NCBI GenBank assembly: GCA_964016885.1
Contig: OZ024757.1
Coordinates: forward strand, 806,001-870,000
Direction: 5' to 3'
From: Eledone cirrhosa
Lineage: Eukaryota
Length of the DNA stretch: 64,000 nucleotides
The translations under genes and the position numbers were made by a program. This document shows, in pieces, positions 56,301 through 64,000 of the stretch. Positions within the stretch are counted from its first letter, which is position 1, and every line of letters begins with the position of its first letter. The notes beneath the pieces are model-generated. The model made no database searches, was not told where the DNA came from, and was given only the letters and a program-made list of their open reading frames with translations.

Positions 56301-59300
56301 ATCTCACCCTTGTAGCTACTGTCTTCACCCCAATGACACTATCTCACCCTAGTAGCTCTGTCTTCAACGCAATGTCACTATCTCACCCTAGTATCTACTG
56401 TCTTCACCCTAGTATCTACTGTCTTTACCCCAATGTCACTATCTCACCATAGTAGCTACAGTCTTTACCCCAATGTCACTATCTCACCCTGCCAGCTACT
56501 GTCTTTACCCCAATGACAGTATCTCATTCTAGTAGCTACTGTCTTCACCCTAGTAGCTATTGTCTCCACCCCAATGTCACTATCTCACCTTAATAACTAT
56601 TGTCTCAACCCAAATGTCACTATCTCACCCTAGTAGCTACTCTCTTCACCCCAATGTCACTATCTCACCCTGCCAGCTACTGTCTTTACCCCAATATCAG
56701 TATCTCACTCTAATAGCTACTGTCTTCACACCAATGTCACTATCTCACTTTAGTAGCTACTGTCTCCACCCTAATGTCACTATCTATCACTAGTAGCTAT
56801 TGTCTCCATCCCAATGTCACTATCTCACCCTAGTAGCTACTGTCTTCACCCCAATGTCACTATCTCACCCTAGTAGCTATTGTCTCCACCTCAATGTCAA
56901 TATCTCACCCTAGTAGCTACTGTCTTCACCCCAATGTCACTATCTCGCCCTAGTAGCTCTGTCTTCAACGCAATGTCACTATCTCACCCTAGTAGCTACT
57001 GACTTCACCCTAATTTCGCTATCTCACCCTAGTATCTACTGTCTTTACCCCAATGTCACTATCTCACCCTAGTAGCTACTGTCTTTACCCCAATGTCACT
57101 ATCTCACCCTGCCAGCTACTGTCTTTACCCCAATGTCAGTATCTCAATCTAGTAGCTACTGTCTTCACCCTAGTAGCTACTGTCTTCACCCCAATGTCAC
57201 TATCTCACCCTAGTAGCTCTGTCTTCAACGCAATGTCACTATCTCACCCTAGTAGCTACTGACTTCACCCTAATTTCGCTATCTCACCCTAGTATCTACT
57301 GTCTTTACCCCAATGTCACTATCTCACCCTAGTAGCTACTGTCTTTATCCCAATGTCACTATCTCACCCTGCCAGCTACTGTCTTTACCCCAATGTCAGT
57401 ATTTCAATCTAGTAGCTACTGTCTTCACCCTAGTAGCTATTGTCTCCACCCCAATGTCACTATCTCACCCTAGTAGCTACTGTCTTTATCCCAATGTCAC
57501 TATCTCACCCTAGTAGCTAATGTCTTCACCCTAATGTCACTATCTTACCCTAGTAGCTACTGTCTTTACCCCAATGTCACTATCTCACCCTGCCAGCTAC
57601 TGCATTTACCCCAATATCAGTATCTCACTCTAGTAGCTAGTGTCTTCACCCCAATGTCACTATCTCACCCTAGTAGCTACTGTCTTCACCCCAATGTCAC
57701 TACCTCACCCTAGTAGCTACTGTTTCCACTCCAATGTCACTAGCTGACCCTAGTAGCTACTGTCTTTACCCCAATGTCACTATCTCACCCTAGTAGCTAC
57801 TGTCTTCACCCTAATGTCACTATCTCATCCTAGTAGCTACTGTCTTCACCCCAATGTCGCTATCTCACCCTAGTAGCTACTGTCTCCACTCCAATGTCAC
57901 TATCTGACCCTAGTAGCTACTGGCTCCACCCTAATGTCACTATCTCACCCTAGTAGCCACTGTCTTCACCCTAATGTCACTATTTCACCCTACTATCTAC
58001 TGTCTTCACCCTAATGTCACTATCTCACCTTCATAACTATTGTCTACACCCAAATATCACTATCTCACCCGAGTAGCTACTCTCTTCACCCCAATGTCAC
58101 TATCTCACCCTGCCAGCTACTCTCTTTACCCCAATATCAGTATCTCACTCTAGTAGCTACTGTCTTCATCCCAATGTCACTATCTCACACTAGTAGCTAT
58201 TGTCTCCATCCCAATGTCACTATCTCACCCTAGTAACTACTGTCTCCACCCCAATGTCACTATCTCAACCTTGTATCTACTGACGTCACCCCAACGTCAC
58301 TATCTCACCCAGTAGTCGCTGTCTTCACCCCAATGTCACTATCTCACCCAGTAGCCTGTGTCTTCACCCCAATGTCACTATCTCACCCTACTAGTTACTG
58401 TCTTCACCCTAATGTCCATCTCACACTTGTATCTACTGTCTTCACCCCAATGTCACTATCTCACTCTAGTAGCCTCAGTCTTCACCCCAATGTCACTATC
58501 TCACCCTACTAGCTACTGTCTTCACCCTAATAGCTACTGTCTTCAGCCTAATGTCACTATCTCACCCTAGTAGCCACTGTCTTCACCCTAATGTCACCAT
58601 CTCACCCTAGTATCTACTGTCTTCACCCCAATGTCACTATCTCACCTTAATAACTATTGTCTCCACCCAAATGTCACTATCTCACCCTAGTAGCTACTCT
58701 CTTCACCCCAATGTCACTATCTCACCCTGCCAGCTACTGTCTTTACCCCAATATCAGTATCTCACTCTAATAGCTACTGTCTTCACACCAATGTCACTAT
58801 CTCACTTTTGTAGCTACTGTCTCCACCCTAATGTCACTATCTATCACTAGTAGCTATTGTCTCCATCCCAATGTCACTATCTCACACTAGTAGCTACTGT
58901 CTTCACCCCAATGTCACTATCTCACCCTAGTAGCTATTGTCTCCACCTCAATGTCAATATCTCACCCTAGTAGCTACTGTCTTCACCCCAATGTCACTAT
59001 CTCACCCTATTAGCTCTGTCTTCAACGCAATGTCACTATCTCACCCTAGTAGCTACTGACTTTACCCCAATGTCACTATCTCACCCTAGTAGCTACTGTC
59101 TTTACCCCAATGTCACTATCTCACCCTGCCAGCTACTGTCTTTACCCCAATGTCAGTATCTCAATCTAGTAGCTACTGTCTTCACCCTAGTAGCTATTGT
59201 CTTCACCCCAATGTCACTATCTCACCCTAGTAGCTATTGTCTCCACCTCAATGTCAATATCTCACCCTAGTAGCTACTGTCTTCACCCCAATGTCACTAT

Positions 59301-60530
59301 CTCACCCTAGTAGCTACTGTCTTCACCCTAATGTCACTATCTCATCATAGTAGCTACTGTCTTAACCCCAATGTCACTATCTCACCCTAGTAGCTACTGT
59401 CTTTATCCCAATGTCACTATCTCACCCTATTAGCTACTGTCTTCACTCCAATGTAACTATCTCACCCTTGTAGCTAATGTCTTCACCCTAATGTCACTAT
59501 CTTAACCTAGTAGCTACTGTCGTTACCCCAATGTCACTATCTCACCCTGCCAGCTACTGTCTTTACCCCAATATCAGTATCTCACTCTAGTAGCTACTGT
59601 CTTCACCCCAATGTCACTATCTCACCCTAGTAGCTACTGTCTTCACCCTAATGTCACTATCTCATGCTAGTAGCTACTGTCTTCACCCCAATGTCACTAC
59701 CTCACCCTAGTAGCTACTGTTTCCACTCCAATGTCACTATCTTAACCTAGTAGCTACTGTCTTCACCCTAATGTCACTATCTCACCCTAGTAGCTACTGT
59801 CTTCACCCCAATGTCACTATCTCACCCTAGTAGCTACTGTCTCCACTCCAATGTCACTATCTGACCCCAGTAGCTACTGTCTCCACCCTAATGTCACTAT
59901 CTCACCCTAGTAGCCACTGTCTTCACCCTAATGTCACTATTTCAACCTACTATCTACTGTCTTCACCCCAATGTCACTATCTCACCTTCATAACTATTGT
60001 CTACACCCAAATGTCACTATCTCACCCGAGTAGCTACTCTCTTCACCCCAATGTCACTATCTCACCCTGCCAGCTACTCTCTTTACCCCAATATCAGTAT
60101 CTCACTCTAGTAGCTACTGTCTTCACCCCAATGTCACTATCTCACTTTAGTAGCTACTGTCTCCACCCTAATGTCACTATCTCACACTAGTAGCTATTGT
60201 CTCCATCCCAATGTCACTCTCTCACCCTAGTAACTACTGTCTCCACCCCAATGTCACTATCTCAACCTTGTATCTACTGACGTCACCCCAACGTCACTAT
60301 CTCACCCAGTAGTCTCTGTCTTCACCCCAATGTCACTATCTCACCCAGTAGCCTCTGTCTTCACCCCAATGTCACTATCTCACCCTACTAGTTACTGTCT
60401 TCACCCTAATGTCCATCTCACACTTGTATCTACTGTCTTCACCCCAATGTCACTATCTCACTCTAGTAGCCTCAGTCTTCACCCCAATGTCACTATCTCA
60501 CCCTACTAGCTACTGTCTTCACCCTAATAG
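53400..60530. repeat. Series of ~2-kb-offset duplications
   Basis: Artefact ORFs at 53522/55538 (offset 2016), caatgacagt 54354/56511 (2157), tatctatcac 56781/58838 (2057) and tatttca 57981/59938 (1957). Confidence 0.8.
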
Positions 60531-63500
60531 CTACTGTCTCCACCCCAATGTCATTATCTCACCCTAGTAGCTATTGTCTCCACCTCAATGTCACTATCTC
60601 ACCCTAGTAGCTACTGTCTTCACCCCAATGTCACTATCTCACCCTATTAGCTACTGTCTTCACCCCAATGTAACTATCTCACCCTAGTAGTTACTGTCTT
60701 CACCCTAATGTCACTATCTTACCCTAGTAGCTACTGCCTTCACCCCAATGTCACTATCTCACCCTAGTAGCTACTGTCTTCACCCTAATGTCACTATCTC
60801 ACCCTAGTAGCTACTGTCTTCACCCCAATGTCACTATCTCACCCTAGTAGCTATTGTCTCCACCTCAATGTCAATATCTCATCCTAGTAGCTACTGTCTT
60901 CACCCCAATGTCACTATCTCACCCTAGTAGCTCTGTCTTCAACGCAATGTCACTATTTCACCCTAGTAGCTTCTGACTTCACCCTAATTTCGCTATCTCA
61001 CCCTAGTATCTACTGTCTTCACCCTAGTATCTACTGTCTTTACCCCAATGTCACTATCTCACCCTAGTAGCTACTGTCTTTACCCCAATGTCACTATCTC
61101 ACTCTAGTAGCTACTGTCTTCACCCTAGTAGCTATTGTCTCCACCCCATTGTCACTATCTCACCCTAGTAGCTACTGTCTTCACCCTAATGTCACTATCT
61201 CATCCTAGTAGCTACTGTCTTTACGCTGGTAGCTATTGTCTCCACCCCAATGTCACTATCTCACCCTAGTAGCTATTGTCTCCACCCCAATGTCACTATC
61301 TCAACCTAGTAGCTACTGTCTTCACCCCAATGTCACTATCTGACCCTAGTAGCTACTGTCTTCACCCCAATGTCACAATCTTACTCTATTAGCTACTGTC
61401 TTCACCCTAATAGCTACTGTCTCCACCCCAATGTCATTATCTCACCCTAGTAGCTATTGTCTCCACCCCAATCTCATTATCTCACCCTAGTAGCTACTGA
61501 CTCCACTCCAATGTCACTATCTGACCCTAGTGGCTACTATTTCCACCCTAATGTCACTATCTCACCCTAGTAGCCACTGTCTTCACCCTAATATCGTCAC
61601 TATCTCACCCTAGTATCTACTGTCTTTACCCCAATGTCACTATCTCACCCTAGTAGCTACTGTCTCCACCCCAATGTCACTATCTCACCCTAGTAGCTAC
61701 TGTCTTCACACCAATGTCACTATCTCACCCCAGTAGCTATGGTCTCCACCCCAATGTCACTCTCACCCTAGTAGCTACTGTCTCCACCCTAATGTCACAA
61801 TCTCACACTAGTAGCTATTGTCTCCACCCCAATGTCACTATCTCAACCTTGCACCTACCGACGTCACCCCAATGTCACTATCTCATCCAGTAGCCTATGT
61901 CTTCACCCCAATGTCACTATCTCACCCATTAGCCTCTGTCTTCCCCCCAATGTCACTATCTCACTCTAGTATTCTCAGTCATCACCCCAATGTTACTATC
62001 TCACCCTACTAGCTACTGTCTTCACCCTAATAGCTACTGTCTTCACCCTAATGTCACTATCTAATCCTCGTAGCTACTGTTTCCACCCTAATGTCACTAT
62101 CACACCCCAGTAGCTATTGTTTCCACTCCAATGTCACTATCTCACCCTAGTAGCTACTGTCTCCACCCTAATGTTACTATCTCACCCTAGTAGATACTGT
62201 CTTCACCCCAATGTCACTATCTCACCCTAGTATCTACTCTCTTCACCCCAATGTCACTATCTCAACCTACTAGCTACTGTCTTCACTTTAATAGCTACTG
62301 TCTCCACCCCAATGTCACTATCTCACCCTAGTAGCTACTGTCTTCACCCCAATGTCACTATCTCACCCTAGTAGCTATTGTCTCCACCTCAATGTCAATA
62401 TCTCACCCTAGTAGCTACTGTCTTCACCCCAATGTCACTATCTCACCCTAGTAGCTCTGTCTTCAACGCAATACACTATTTCAACCTAGTAGCTTCTGAC
62501 TTCACCCTAATTTCGCTATCTCACCCTAGTATCTACTGTCTTCACCCTAGTATCTACTGTCTTTACCCCAATGTCACTATCTCACCCTAGTATCTACTGT
62601 CTTTACCCCAATGTCACTATCTCACCCTAGTAGCTACTGTCTTTACCCCAATGTCACTATCTCACTCTAGTAGCTACTGTCTTCACCCTAGTAGCTATTG
62701 TCTCCACTCCATTGTCACTATCTCAACCTAGTAGCTACTGTCTTAACCCTAATGTCACTATCTCATCCTAGTAGCTACTGTCTTCACCCCAATGTCACTA
62801 TCTCACCCTAGTAGCTACTGTCTTTACCCCAATGTCACTATCTCACCCTGCCAGCTACTGTCTTTACCCCAATGTCTTTATCTCACTCTAGTAGCTACTG
62901 TCTTTATCCTGGTAGCTATTGTCTCCACCCCAATGTCACCATCTCACCCTAGTAGCTATTGTCTCCACCCCAATGTCACTATCTCAACCAGGTAGCTACT
63001 GTCTTCATCCCAATGTCACTATCTGACCCTAGTAGCTACTGTCTTCACCCCAATGTCACAATCTTACTCTATTAGCTACTGTCTTCACCCTAATAGCTAC
63101 TGTCTCCACCCCAATGTCACTATCTCACCCTAGTAGCTACTGTCTCCACCCCAATGTCACTCTCACCCTAGTAGCTACTGTCTCCACCCCAATGTCACTA
63201 TCTCAACCTTGCACCTACTGACGTCACCCCAATGTCACTATCTCATCCAGTAGCCTCTGTCTTCACCCCAATGTCACTATCTCACCCAGTAGCCTCTGTC
63301 TTCCCCCCAATGTCACTATCTCACCCTAGTAGCTACTGTATTGACCCTAATGTCAGTATCTCACCGTAGTATCTACTCTCTTCACCCTAATGTCACTATC
63401 TCACCCTAGTAGGTACTGTCTCCACCCTAATGTTACTATCTCACCCTAGTAAATACAGTCTTCACCCCAATGTCCGTATTTCACCCTAGTATCTACTCTC

Positions 63501-63654
63501 TTCACCCCAATGTCACTATCTCACCCTACTAGCTACTGTCTTCACCCTAATAGCTACTGTCTCCACCCCAATGTCATTATCGTACCCTAGTAGCTATTGT
63601 CTCCACCTCAATGTCAATATCTCACCCTAGTAGCTATTGTCTTCACCCCAATGT

Positions 63655-64000
63655 CACTATCTCACCCTAGCAGCTCTGTCTTCACCGCAATGTCGCTATC
63701 ACACCCTAGTAGCTACTGACTTCACCCTAATTTCACTATCTCACCCTAGTATCTACTGTCTTGACCCTAGTATCTACTGTCTTTACCCCAATGTCACTAT
63801 CTCACCCTAGTAGCTACTGTCTTTACCCCAATGTCACTATCTCACCCTAGTCGCTCTGTCTTCACCGCAATGTCACTATCACACCCTAGTAGCTACTGAC
63901 TTCACCCTAATTTCACTATCTCACCCTAGTATCTACTGTCTTGACCCTAGTATCTACTGTCTTTACCCCAATGTCACTATCTCATCCTAGTAGCTACTGT
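63655..64000. repeat. 180-bp tandem duplication (39+40+21+40+40) at the window end
   Basis: ttcaccgcaa at 63681/63861, acaccctagt at 63701/63881 and ttgaccctag at 63761/63941. Confidence 0.9.

Larger units (their letters stand above)
1..64000. repeat. 40-bp tandem satellite array (consensus CCCTAGTAGCTACTGTCTTCACCCCAATGTCACTATCTCA), extending beyond both window ends
   Basis: The same 40-mer recurs continuously from base 1 to base 64000 in one orientation. It carries point variants, occasional 38/39-bp monomers and 21-bp half-monomers. Consensus composition is C15 T12 A9 G4. Confidence 0.99.

Noticed and set aside
1488-62995. About 50 short + strand ORFs (MSLSHPSSYCLHPNVTISP-like)
   Set aside because: They are translations of the satellite. 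ATG is part of the monomer, and frames stay open only where variants remove or skip TAGTAG. There is no unique coding sequence or recognisable domain.
1-64000. CRISPR array (palindromic repeat with regular spacing)
   Set aside because: The intervening segments are themselves near-identical rather than unique spacers. The 40-bp period is too short, and there is no leader or cas gene.
1-64000. Long repetitive protein gene (mucin/adhesin-like) on either strand
   Set aside because: The 40-bp period shifts frame at every monomer. The + strand meets TAG/TAA and the - strand meets TGA/TAG about every 120 bp or less.
1-64000. True telomeric or interstitial (TTAGGG)n tract
   Set aside because: CCCTAA occurs only singly within monomers and never as tandem hexamers.
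1-64000. Embedded transposon, inversion or unique island
   Set aside because: Reading end to end, I found no non-satellite stretch and no strand switch. The largest anomalies are a few inserted bases.
1-64000. A single regular higher-order repeat across the window
   Set aside because: Duplication offsets vary widely (120, 180, 320, 1258, 1480, ~2000, 2502, 2641-2761, 4291, 6343-6904), and landmark spacing is irregular.
1-64000. Promoter elements (CCAAT in most monomers)
   Set aside because: It is a 5-bp motif intrinsic to the repeat, often replaced by CTAAT, with no associated gene.

Overview
The whole 64 kb window is one uninterrupted head-to-tail tandem array (satellite DNA) of a ~40-bp monomer, consensus CCCTAGTAGCTACTGTCTTCACCCCAATGTCACTATCTCA, so about 1,600 monomers in a single orientation. 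Neither end of the array is in the window. I see no unique sequence, gene, RNA gene, transposon or CRISPR array, and all listed ORFs are artefacts of translating the repeat. An array of this type is most typical of a eukaryotic genome, but I cannot assign the organism or a named satellite family. The informative signal is the nested structure. (1) 6-7-mer words build a 21-bp half and a 19-bp half, which together form the 40-mer. (2) Multi-monomer variant cassettes recur in fixed order. (3) A local 120-bp higher-order repeat is present. (4) Duplications of 0.2-7 kb differ by whole monomers. (5) There is a variant-domain boundary near 25.5-26 kb, and the two window edges share rare variants. Each half-monomer starts with a telomere-like hexamer (CCCTAG, CCCCAA or CCCTAA). 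All alignments and offsets were read by eye from shared rare variants, and block boundaries are approximate to about one monomer.
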